Assembly (NCBI RefSeq): GCF_000299365.1
Contig: NC_018655.1
Span: 360,001-392,000 of the forward strand
Source of the DNA: Candidatus Nitrosopumilus koreensis AR1
GTDB lineage: Archaea; Thermoproteota; Nitrososphaeria; Nitrososphaerales; Nitrosopumilaceae
Length of the DNA stretch: 32,000 nucleotides
Reading direction: 5' to 3'
This document shows, in pieces, positions 9,851-18,361 of this stretch. Within the stretch, counting starts at the first letter, position 1; every line of letters begins with the position of its first letter. The position numbers and the translations under genes are program-made. The notes under the pieces are model-generated. The model saw only the letters and a list, made by a program, of their open reading frames with translations. It searched no databases and was not told where the DNA came from.

Positions 9851-10204
9851 GTGGATTTTGAAAAATTATGTTCTGATATACTGGATTTGGATTCTTCTAT
9901 TAGATACGCTGCTATTCAAAATAATGCTGGCGTCAAAATCACTGGTGGATTTAGAGATGGTGTTAGTCCAATTCTTAGTGATGAGGAGATTCAGATGATG
10001 CACTACCATGCATCCCAAAGATGGCAGACTAGAAAAAACATTGAACACAAAATAGGTCCTGCAAAGTATGCCTTTGCAGAGTATGATAAAATTAAGCGAA
10101 TAACCTTTCCTCTTGATGAAAAACATCTTTTGATGATTACAACTGAAACTAATACTGATCATGCAAATGTCATTAAAAAAATACTTGAATTGGTCAACAA
10201 CTAA
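9851..10204 (+). CDS. Small conserved-type hypothetical protein (117 aa)
   Basis: ORF MDFEKLCSDILDLDSSIRYAAIQNNAGVKITGGFRDGVSPILSDEEIQMMHYHASQRW; resembles small proteins I associate with thaumarchaea. Confidence 0.7.
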   Translation: MDFEKLCSDILDLDSSIRYAAIQNNAGVKITGGFRDGVSPILSDEEIQMMHYHASQRWQTRKNIEHKIGPAKYAFAEYDKIKRITFPLDEKHLLMITTETNTDHANVIKKILELVNN

Positions 10205-10278
10205 CATTGCGTAATCTAGAAACTTTCTAAAATGTTATGTGTAGAGATAAATACCAAATTGTCATACCTTCTTTAGAA

Positions 10279-10965
10279 ATGGCCGATGTGACAGTTGCAA
10301 GGTTCTCTTTTGAAGGAGAGAAATTTGAGATATTGGTAAAACCAGATCCTGCATTAGAATACAAGCTGGGAAAGAAGAAAGATATTTCAGCAATTTTGGT
10401 TTCTGAAGATATATACACTGATTCAGGAAAAGGCACAAAACCTTCCACTGAAAAACTACTCAAAGCTTTCAAGACTGAAGATCTGACAGAGATTGCTCAA
10501 ATAATTATGCAGAAAGGTGATCTTAATCTTACAACTGATCAAAGACGAAAAATGATCGAAGACAAGAAAAAACAGATTGTGTCGTACATTGCAAAGACAT
10601 ACGTGGATCCTAAAACTCACTTGCCTCATCCTCCTTTGAGAGTTGAACAAGCAATGAAAGATGGACGAATTTCAGTTGATCCTCAAAAAAATGTTGAAGA
10701 ACAAGTAAAAGATATCGTAGATAAACTTCGTTCAATAATTGCTCTAAAATCTGAAAATTTGCAATTGGAGATTATCATACCAGCACAATATGCTTCGCAA
10801 TCATATGCTGTTCTAAAATCCGTAGGTTCTCTGAAAAAAGAAGAATGGCAAAATAATGGTTCTCTAAAAGCAATACTTGAAATACCCGCTGCAGCAAGGC
10901 CAAACGTGATCGACAGATTAGGTTCTATAACCAAGGGGTCTGCTTCAGTTGAGGTAATACAATAA
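10279..10965 (+). CDS. sdo1: SBDS family ribosome maturation protein (ORF track start 10237; ATG at 10279 preferred)
   Basis: MADVTVARFSFEGEKFEILVKPD...ILVSEDIYTDSGKGTKPS...PHPPLRVEQAM; adjacent to exosome genes. Confidence 0.93.
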   Translation: MADVTVARFSFEGEKFEILVKPDPALEYKLGKKKDISAILVSEDIYTDSGKGTKPSTEKLLKAFKTEDLTEIAQIIMQKGDLNLTTDQRRKMIEDKKKQIVSYIAKTYVDPKTHLPHPPLRVEQAMKDGRISVDPQKNVEEQVKDIVDKLRSIIALKSENLQLEIIIPAQYASQSYAVLKSVGSLKKEEWQNNGSLKAILEIPAAARPNVIDRLGSITKGSASVEVIQ

Positions 10966-11645
10966 TGGCAGATAAGAGAAAATACGTTATTCCCGGCGAT
11001 GTTGTAACTACAGGACCTTTTAGACCTGAACAAAATGTAATTCTTGAAGGAAACAAAATAATCTCTACTACTATTGGAATCTCTGAAATTTATGATGACT
11101 CTGTTCGTGTAATCCCATTAACTGGAAAATATATTCCAAAAATTAACGATCTTGTAATTGGTAAAGTCAATTCACATACTTCTTTGTCTTGGGAATTAGA
11201 TATCAATTCATGTTATGTTGGATTTTTGCCAGCACAGGATGTTTTTGGACGTGACTTTTCAGCACATGCTGATGAACTTGCTACCAAACTAAAAACAGGA
11301 GATCTTGTTGCTGCAAGAATTGCAAACTTTGATAGAACAAGAGATCCATTAGTCTCAATTTCTGATAGGGACTTGGGCAAAATTGATTCTGGTGATCTGG
11401 TGGAAATCTCTCCAAGCAAAGTCCCACGCCTAATTGGAAAGAAAGGCAGTATGATTCAAATGATTGAAGAGGCCACTGATGCAGCAATTACAATTGGTCA
11501 AAATGGTTGGGTTGTAGTTTCATGTGAATCCCCAGAGGGATTATTAAAGGCTAAAAAAGCAATTCAAATGGTCAATGAGCAAGCACATGTTGCAAATTTG
11601 ACTGATCAAGTGAAAGAAATGTTAGATAAAAAAGGTGAATCATAA
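10965..11645 (+). CDS. rrp4: Exosome complex RNA-binding protein Rrp4 (S1/KH)
   Basis: VIPGDVVTTGPFRPEQNVILEGNKI, KVPRLIGKKGSMIQMI; directly upstream of rrp41. Confidence 0.94.
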   Translation: MADKRKYVIPGDVVTTGPFRPEQNVILEGNKIISTTIGISEIYDDSVRVIPLTGKYIPKINDLVIGKVNSHTSLSWELDINSCYVGFLPAQDVFGRDFSAHADELATKLKTGDLVAARIANFDRTRDPLVSISDRDLGKIDSGDLVEISPSKVPRLIGKKGSMIQMIEEATDAAITIGQNGWVVVSCESPEGLLKAKKAIQMVNEQAHVANLTDQVKEMLDKKGES

Positions 11646-12379
11646 TGGGTGGAAGAGAAGCAACAATGGTCCTTATGGACGAAAATGGAAAACGTTGTGA
11701 TGGACGTACCGTTGATGAACCAAGAAGAATTATGATTAAAGCTGGAGGGCTAAAAAATGCAGATGGTTCTGCTTACATTGAATTTGGAGATAATAAAATA
11801 CTAGTTGGAGTTTTTGGCCCAAGAGATGTTCATCCAAAACACATGTCAAACACTGACACCGGAATTTTGAGAGTTAGATATCATATGGAACCATTTTCTG
11901 TTGGTGAAAGAAAAAACCCTGCTCCATCAAGAAGAGAGATTGAAATTTCCAAAGTAATCAAAGAAGCATTAGAGCCTGCAGTTATGCTAGACAAATTCCC
12001 AAGAACCGCAGTAGATGTATTTATCGAAGTTTTGCAAGCTGATGGTGGAACTCGTTGTGCAGCCTTAACTGCAGCATCTGTTGCATTAGCTGACGCAGGA
12101 ATTCCAATGAGGGATATGGTTGCCGCAATTGCTGCAGGAAAAGTTGCAGATACTGTGATTCTTGATGTTAATAATGAAGAAGACCAAGCAGGTCAAGCAG
12201 ATATGCCAATTGGATACATGCCAAATCTTGAAAAAATCACTCTATTACAATTAGATGGTGTACTTACTCCTGAAGAATACAAAAAATGTGTTCAAGTTGG
12301 AGTAGATGGATGTAAACTAGTTTATGAATTACAAAAGAAAGCACTCAACGACAAATATTTTGGAAATAAAGGAGATTAA
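11645..12379 (+). CDS. rrp41: Exosome complex exonuclease Rrp41
   Basis: RNase PH fold signatures: RCDGRTVDEPRRI, GVFGPRDVHPKHMS, NEEDQAGQADMPIGYMP. Confidence 0.96.
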   Translation: MGGREATMVLMDENGKRCDGRTVDEPRRIMIKAGGLKNADGSAYIEFGDNKILVGVFGPRDVHPKHMSNTDTGILRVRYHMEPFSVGERKNPAPSRREIEISKVIKEALEPAVMLDKFPRTAVDVFIEVLQADGGTRCAALTAASVALADAGIPMRDMVAAIAAGKVADTVILDVNNEEDQAGQADMPIGYMPNLEKITLLQLDGVLTPEEYKKCVQVGVDGCKLVYELQKKALNDKYFGNKGD

Positions 12380-12382
12380 GAA

Positions 12383-13201
12383 ATGACATCACATACTGTT
12401 ATCGATGAACTAAAGAGAAATCAAATCCTTGAACTATTAGAACAGGGAAAAAGAGTTGATGGCAGAGCATTAGATGAGGTAAGAGATATTTCTATTGAAA
12501 CAAACGCAATTCCAAAAGCAAATGGTTCTGCAAGAGTTCGATTAGGTGATACTGAAGTTGTTTGTGGTGTTAAAATCCAACCAGACAGACCTTTTCCAGA
12601 TACTGGTGACAAAGGTCTTTTCATTTGTACTGCTGAATTATTGCCGCTATCTCATCCTACTGTTGAAACAGGCCCCCCAGGACCTGAAGTAATTGAATTG
12701 GCAAGAGTTGTGGATAGAGGAATCAGAGAAAGTCATATGGTTGATGTTTCACAATTAGTAATTGAAAAAGACAAATCTGTAATCGGTGTTTTTGCAGATA
12801 ATGTTGTTGTTGATTATGATGGAAATCTCTTTGATGCATGTTCTTATGCAACAACTGCTGCATTGCTTTCATCAAAAAGCCCAAAATGGAATTGGGTTAA
12901 TGATGCCCCTGCATTAGTTGAAGGGGAAGACACACAAGTTCCAATTACTACAATTCCTGTATCGGTAACTATGGCTAAAATTGGAAAACACATTATCGTT
13001 GATCCTAATGGTGATGAATGGGAAAGTATGGATGCAAGAATTACAATTACTAGCGATTCTGACGGAAATATCTGTGCCTTACAAAAAGGAGGAGATGATG
13101 GATTTACACAAGAAGAAATTGTACAGTGTGGCGAAATCTCAGTTAGAGTAGGCGCAAAAATTAGAGAAAAATTAAAAGCAGCTCAGCAGGCAGGTCAATA
13201 A
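12383..13201 (+). CDS. rrp42: Exosome complex component Rrp42
   Basis: KRVDGRALDEVRDISIETNAIPKANGSARVRLGDTEVVCGVKIQP; follows rrp41. Confidence 0.95.
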   Translation: MTSHTVIDELKRNQILELLEQGKRVDGRALDEVRDISIETNAIPKANGSARVRLGDTEVVCGVKIQPDRPFPDTGDKGLFICTAELLPLSHPTVETGPPGPEVIELARVVDRGIRESHMVDVSQLVIEKDKSVIGVFADNVVVDYDGNLFDACSYATTAALLSSKSPKWNWVNDAPALVEGEDTQVPITTIPVSVTMAKIGKHIIVDPNGDEWESMDARITITSDSDGNICALQKGGDDGFTQEEIVQCGEISVRVGAKIREKLKAAQQAGQ

Positions 13202-13202
13202 A

Positions 13203-13415
13203 ATGGCAAAAGGAAAGAAATCTCTTAAGGGTCTTGGTGCAAGATACGGAATTAAGATCAGAAAACAATATACCAAAATTCATCTTCAACTAAAAGAAAA
13301 ACGAGCATGTCCTGAATGTGGTTCGCAATCATTTGGACGAGATGCCGTGGGAATTTGGTCTTGTAAAAAATGCAGCTTCAAAGTAGCTGGAACAGCATAT
13401 GACGTTAAACTTTAG
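13203..13415 (+). CDS. rpl37ae: Large ribosomal subunit protein eL43 (L37Ae), zinc ribbon
   Basis: CPECGSQSFGRDAVGIWSCKKC; canonical position after rrp42. Confidence 0.94.
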   Translation: MAKGKKSLKGLGARYGIKIRKQYTKIHLQLKEKRACPECGSQSFGRDAVGIWSCKKCSFKVAGTAYDVKL

Positions 13416-13644
13416 CGCAAAAATTACCGTTGACGCAAAAGACAAAACAAAAGCAATTTTTGACTCTGTAAATACTGATAACGAGTTTTATCCTGAAAAT
13501 CCAGTAAAAACCAAAATTAAACTAGACAAAAAAATCATTATTTCAGTTGAATCTGAACATCTCCCACACCTTAGAGCAAATCTAAACTCTACTTTAAGAC
13601 TAATCCAAGCAAGTAATGATTCTATTGAATCGGTAAAGATATAA
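13399..13644 (+). CDS. pcc1: KEOPS complex subunit Pcc1
   Basis: 81 aa with two-strand/helix pattern, ESEHLPHLRANLNSTLRLIQAS; conserved position between rpl37ae and prefoldin. Overlaps rpl37ae by 17 bp in the ORF track. Confidence 0.75.
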   Translation: MTLNFSAKITVDAKDKTKAIFDSVNTDNEFYPENPVKTKIKLDKKIIISVESEHLPHLRANLNSTLRLIQASNDSIESVKI

Positions 13645-13667
13645 TGAAACAAACTTTGTGATAAAAT

Positions 13668-14057
13668 ATGTCAGCAGGACAAATGCCTCCATGGCTTCAA
13701 GAACAATTGATGAAATTACAACAGTCTCAACAAAACCTTCAATCCATCATGACTCAAAAACAACATCTTGAAATGGAAAAAGCCGAGACTGAAAAAGCTC
13801 TTGAGGAACTAAAGAAAGTTGGCGATGCTGATGCAGTTTTCAAACAAGCAGGAACCGTCTTGTTAAAATCAACAAAAAAGGAACTAATTGATGAATTAGA
13901 AGAAAAACAAGAGATGGCAAAAACTCGTGCCACTGTACTAGAAAAGCAAGAGATTCGTGTCAAAGAAACTCTCAAAGAGCAAGAAGCAAAGATAACTGAA
14001 ATGATGAAGAGTGGTTCAGCAGAATCTCCAAAACCTGAAGATAATCCTAGAAAATAA
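13668..14057 (+). CDS. pfdB: Prefoldin subunit beta
   Basis: Coiled coil with GDADAVFKQAGTVLLKSTKKELIDELEEK; conserved context. Confidence 0.88.
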   Translation: MSAGQMPPWLQEQLMKLQQSQQNLQSIMTQKQHLEMEKAETEKALEELKKVGDADAVFKQAGTVLLKSTKKELIDELEEKQEMAKTRATVLEKQEIRVKETLKEQEAKITEMMKSGSAESPKPEDNPRK

Positions 14058-14110
14058 TCTCAAAAACAATTTTCATATAAGATATTAACAATTCTTTTCA
14101 ACTATTATTT

Positions 14111-14795
14111 GTGAACTTAGAGAATCTCAGGATTATTGTAGATGAGAGGGAGAGAAAAAGCGGAATTCCTGAATTGCTAAAATCCGTTGGCTTGAATCTT
14201 GAAATGAAAACACTTCCAATAGGTGACTATATTGTTGCGCCTGAAACAGTTGTTGAACGTAAGAGTATTCGTGATTTAATGGCGTCTGTTTTTGATGGCA
14301 GACTATTTGATCAATGCACCAGACTAAAGGAGCATTTTGAAAATCCTATTGTTCTAATGGAGGGAAATGTCGATGAGATTGAAGAGATTGCAGAAAACCC
14401 TTTGATCTTTTATGGTGCAATCTCTACTGTTGTTCTTGATTTTAAAATTCCAGTAATCCCAACCCCTAGTGCAACACACACTGCAAAACTATTGGTGTCT
14501 ATGTGTTCCAGAAAGGATGCTCCAAAAGGACCATATCTTAAAAAATAAAAAATCATCTGATTTAGAACGACAACAGCTTTCAGTTCTTTGCAGTTTGCCT
14601 GGTGTTGGTGAAAAGTTTGCTGTAAGAATGCTTGAAAAGTTTGGAACTCCTCTGAATGTTTTTGCTGCAACTACATCTGAACTTGCAAAAGTAGAAGGAT
14701 TGGGTGAATCTCGCGCAAAGAAAATCAAAAAAACCTTAGACTCTAAAAGCAAACACCTCAAAAAATCTAACCAAAAAACACTACATGATTCTTGA
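14111..14795 (+). CDS. ERCC4/XPF-type nuclease with C-terminal helix-hairpin-helix domain, split by a frameshift (ORFs 14111..14548 and 14469..14795)
   Basis: Frame 1: IVDERERKSGIPELLK...IGDYIVAPETVVERKSIRDL. Frame 2: LSVLCSLPGVGEKFAVRMLEKFGTPLNVFAATTSELAKVEGLGESRAKKI. The break is at AAAAAATAAAAAAT, 14540-14553. Confidence 0.85.
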
Positions 14796-14797
14796 GG

Positions 14798-15277
14798 TTA
14801 TTCTTTGAGTAATTTTCTTTTCAATGGAGTGGCACACATTGGACATTCTTTTCCTGTTTTGTGATCTGTCTTGCATCCTGGACAATAATGCACCCACCTT
14901 CCAACATCTCTGATTCCCTGTGTCATTATTGGTGATATTTTCAAGCCTAGATTTTTTGCAACATTTGAAATGGCAAAATCGTCACTGATTATCTCTCCTT
15001 CTAATTCAATACATAACGCAATGATTGACAAATCTTGTTTTGATAGTTGTGGGTAATCCCCTGTATCTTTTGCAGCACTGATAGCAGCTTTTGTAGAATT
15101 TTCATCAGGCTCTCTTATTTTTAGTCTGTTTGTCTCAAGCAGTGTTCCCAATGCATCTTGATTTTTTTTAATGTGTTTTATTTCATCATAAACTTGTGAT
15201 GTTGTATAGCAATCGCTAGATGATCTAAATGGAACCCCTGCATAAAATGCACTAGCATCTAAAATTCTAAAATCCAA
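14798..15277 (-). CDS. nob1: Nob1-like PIN domain endoribonuclease with zinc ribbon
   Basis: N-terminal RILDASAFYAG, EGEIISDDFAISNVAKNLG, zinc ribbon CPGCKTDHKTGKECPMC. Confidence 0.88.
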   Translation of the reverse strand: MDFRILDASAFYAGVPFRSSSDCYTTSQVYDEIKHIKKNQDALGTLLETNRLKIREPDENSTKAAISAAKDTGDYPQLSKQDLSIIALCIELEGEIISDDFAISNVAKNLGLKISPIMTQGIRDVGRWVHYCPGCKTDHKTGKECPMCATPLKRKLLKE

Positions 15278-16103
15278 GCTTGCTCATTTGTCTTAATCCG
15301 CGTTTCTTCAATCTAATGAATACTGCAGGTTTTTTGTACTTCTTAATAATTATTGGTTCTTCATATCCTGCAGTTTTGACTACTTGTGCATCCATCACAA
15401 TGTTACAATCATGCGAACTGATGATCTCAATTTTTTCATCTGGTACTACAATTGATGCTAATCTATAAACTGGTGCAACTGGAGTGATTATTAAAACATC
15501 TAAACTTTCATGCAAAATTGGACCTCCTAACGAAAAAGAATGGCCTGTGGAACCACTTGGTGTTGCAACAATTACTCCATCCATCTTTTGTTTTACAGTA
15601 TCATTTTGGAATTTTATTTCAATTTCTGCAGTTTTAGTTAGATTTGTTCTACTGATGTAGATCTCATTTAATGCCGGTGGAAATTCTTTTCCTCCACATG
15701 ATGCAATCACTCTAGTTCTCTTGTCTAAGAAAAATTTGTCTTTTTGAATTTGGTTTAACGCATCATCTATCTCTTCTATTGTAATCTCAGCTAAAATTCC
15801 TCTGTTTCCTCCTACATTAATTGTTAAAATTGGTGTTTCATTTTGCAAGTTTCTGAAAACTCGAAGTGTTGTGCCGTCTCCTCCCAGCGTCACAACAAGA
15901 TCCAGTTTGATTTTCTTGAGTTCCTCAAGGGCCTCAATTGTTTTTGCCCCCTCTACTTGGATAGGTGAAATTGTATAAACTTTGGATTTTTTTGCCAATA
16001 GTTTTTTTGCAACATTAATTGCAGCCTTTTCAGATTCCTTGTTCCCTACCTTGCTTATCACTGCAACGTTTTGTAACTTCAACCAGTTTTCTAGAAATGT
16101 CAT
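15267..16103 (-). CDS. nadK: NAD(+)/ATP-NAD kinase
   Basis: LVVTLGGDGTTLRVFR, NVGGNRGILAEI, VATPSGSTGHSFSLGGPI. Confidence 0.93.
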   Translation of the reverse strand: MTFLENWLKLQNVAVISKVGNKESEKAAINVAKKLLAKKSKVYTISPIQVEGAKTIEALEELKKIKLDLVVTLGGDGTTLRVFRNLQNETPILTINVGGNRGILAEITIEEIDDALNQIQKDKFFLDKRTRVIASCGGKEFPPALNEIYISRTNLTKTAEIEIKFQNDTVKQKMDGVIVATPSGSTGHSFSLGGPILHESLDVLIITPVAPVYRLASIVVPDEKIEIISSHDCNIVMDAQVVKTAGYEEPIIIKKYKKPAVFIRLKKRGLRQMSKLGF

Positions 16104-16164
16104 TTACTTAAAAATGATATTTTTTGGAAAAACAATTAAGTATGAAAGCAATTCTGTTTAACAC

Positions 16165-17010
16165 ATGAGTTACGCACATCCAGAAGTGTTAGTTGATACG
16201 GAATGGGTATCACAGAATCCTCCAAATGAAAATCGAAAATTAGTTGAAGTTGATTATGATCCTGTAAATGGGTATCAAAAAGGCCACATTAACGGAGCCA
16301 GTCTGATCTGGTGGAAACGTGACATTAATGATCCAATTACAAGAGACATTATCTCAAAGAAGAAATTTGAAGAGTTAATGGCAAAAAATGGAATTACAAA
16401 AGATACTGAAGTAATTCTTTATGGAGACTTTAACAACTGGTTTGCAGCATTTGCTTTCTGGGTATTCAAAATCTATGGACATGAAAATCTGAAGATTATG
16501 AATGGTGGCAGAAAAAAATGGGAATTAGAAAATAGAGATTATACAACTGATGAACCACAATTTGGATCGGTTACATATGAGGCACAACCTCCTGACGAGG
16601 GATTACGTGCATATCTATTTGATGTAAGTCGTGCACTTGGAAAAGAGGATACTGTTATGGTTGATGTTAGATCTCCTGCAGAATTTTCTGGAGAAATCAC
16701 TGCTCCCCCAGAGTATCCAATGGAACATGCACAAAGAGGCGGACATATTCCTGATGCAAATAACATTCCGTGGGCAACTGCAGTCAATGATGCAGATGGA
16801 ACTTTCAAAGCAGTTGAAGAACTAAGACAAAATTATGAACCAAAAGGAGTTACACCTGACAAAGATGTAATTTGTTATTGTAGAATTGGAGAACGTTCTT
16901 CACACAGCTGGTTTGTTCTTAAATATCTACTTGGTTACCCAAAGGTTCGAAACTATGATGGTTCTTGGACTGAATGGGGAAACATGATAGGGAATCCCGT
17001 GGAAAAATAA
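16165..17010 (+). CDS. Thiosulfate sulfurtransferase / two-domain rhodanese
   Basis: LVEVDYDPVNGYQKGHINGASLIWW; C-terminal DKDVICYCRIGERSSHSWFVLKYLLGYPKVRNYDGSWTEWG. Confidence 0.93.
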   Translation: MSYAHPEVLVDTEWVSQNPPNENRKLVEVDYDPVNGYQKGHINGASLIWWKRDINDPITRDIISKKKFEELMAKNGITKDTEVILYGDFNNWFAAFAFWVFKIYGHENLKIMNGGRKKWELENRDYTTDEPQFGSVTYEAQPPDEGLRAYLFDVSRALGKEDTVMVDVRSPAEFSGEITAPPEYPMEHAQRGGHIPDANNIPWATAVNDADGTFKAVEELRQNYEPKGVTPDKDVICYCRIGERSSHSWFVLKYLLGYPKVRNYDGSWTEWGNMIGNPVEK

Positions 17011-17011
17011 A

Positions 17012-17323
17012 TTGCTTTTAGACCTTCCTGTTTTAAAGAAAGGATCTTTTTATTTTATCAAAGATTCCGAAACTGATCTTGTCATGGAAGATAAAACCAA
17101 ACGAGGTCTTGAAGTCAAGGAAACGTCTGTAGATGAAAAACTCAATGTCAAGGCCGACAAAGGTATGATTCATGATATGGATGGTATTGGCCATTGGGTT
17201 CCAATTAGATGGTATTTTCCAAAGGATTCCTACGATCTTTTCGCTGTTTCTGTACATGCTGAAGCAATGGAAAAAAAATACACTGAACTAAGGGAGCTTA
17301 CTTGCCCTGACGATGATGACTGA
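17012..17323 (+). CDS. Hypothetical protein (start uncertain: TTG 17012 or ATG 17083)
   Basis: Open frame ending ...HWVPIRWYFPKDSYDLFAVSVHAEAMEKKYTELRELTCPDDDD; abuts the rhodanese stop. Confidence 0.55.
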   Translation: MLLDLPVLKKGSFYFIKDSETDLVMEDKTKRGLEVKETSVDEKLNVKADKGMIHDMDGIGHWVPIRWYFPKDSYDLFAVSVHAEAMEKKYTELRELTCPDDDD

Positions 17324-17359
17324 TAACCTTTTTAAATAAAATCGATTCACAAATCTCAG

Positions 17360-18307
17360 ATGTCATTACTTCTCAAAGATCGAGTATGGTCAATGGAAGC
17401 ACCTACTGCAAAACGTGGTGTTTACCCGTTACATGGATTCAAACTGGGACTTTATAGATTGCCAATTAATCTTGAAGATCCTAATGAGATAAAATCAGTT
17501 CATGATGGTCTTAAAAAGGCATTTGAGATGGACAAGTATGCTGATAGAATTTTTGCAACATATCGTTGGACAGAAAAAAACATGGATGATCCTGATGCAA
17601 AAGGGTATGAGGAAGTTGAGCTGTCGGTAACAGTTGAAATTGTAACAGGAGAGGTTGTAGATATTATTTATCAGATTTTCCCAATTGAAAAATTTGGTGA
17701 TCCTAATTGGGTTAAAGATTATAGAAAGAAAGCAGACCATTTTGCAAAAATGGTGATTGATACTATATTACGTAACACTATCTTGGCAGACAAGATGGTT
17801 TCTTATTTTGCAAAGACAGAAAAAATCTCTGAAGTTGCAGCCATTCAAAAACTTGAGGATCTTACTCCATTAGCAAAGATTGTTCTTGGTGCAAAACCAA
17901 AACCAGTTGAAGCCACTGAGGAAGAAGCAGAAGAAGATGAAGGTGATATTGAAATTCCAGATGGTGCAAAGCCTGGACCAATTGATGTTGAATTTAAACA
18001 AAAAATGAAAGCATCTGCTCCTTACGAAGCACCTGAACACACCATCAAAACCTGGGGTAGAAAAGGTACTGGCAATGGAATTCTGGGTGTCTGGGGTGAA
18101 TTTGTATCAGTTGATTATGATATCTGTGTTGCAGATGGTGGATGTATTGAAGCATGTCCAGTTGGTGTGTATGAGTGGTTTGACACTCCAGGAAATCCAG
18201 CATCTGAAAAGAAACCACTGATGTCAAAAGAACCTGATTGTATCTTTTGTCTTGCATGTGAAGGTGTCTGTCCTCCACAAGCAATCAAAATCTTCGAACA
18301 GAAATAG
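17360..18307 (+). CDS. Large ferredoxin fusion: novel N-terminal ~240 aa region plus C-terminal two-cluster ferredoxin
   Basis: C-terminal FVSVDYDICVADGGCIEACPVGVYEWFDTPG...CIFCLACEGVCPPQAIKIF. TATA-like TTTTTAAATAAA upstream. Confidence 0.9.
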   Translation: MSLLLKDRVWSMEAPTAKRGVYPLHGFKLGLYRLPINLEDPNEIKSVHDGLKKAFEMDKYADRIFATYRWTEKNMDDPDAKGYEEVELSVTVEIVTGEVVDIIYQIFPIEKFGDPNWVKDYRKKADHFAKMVIDTILRNTILADKMVSYFAKTEKISEVAAIQKLEDLTPLAKIVLGAKPKPVEATEEEAEEDEGDIEIPDGAKPGPIDVEFKQKMKASAPYEAPEHTIKTWGRKGTGNGILGVWGEFVSVDYDICVADGGCIEACPVGVYEWFDTPGNPASEKKPLMSKEPDCIFCLACEGVCPPQAIKIFEQK

Positions 18308-18361
18308 TCAAAATTTATTGCAAGTATAAATAGTGAATAGTGATTCTGGGAAATTAGGGAT

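Noticed and set aside
9783-10207. ORFs 9783-9998 (+) and 9866-10207 (-)
   Set aside because: Both overlap the better-supported 9851-10204 ORF and have unnatural composition.
10683-11487. ORFs 10683-11033 (-), 11213-11419 (-), 11281-11487 (+)
   Set aside because: Shadows of SBDS and rrp4 coding sequence.
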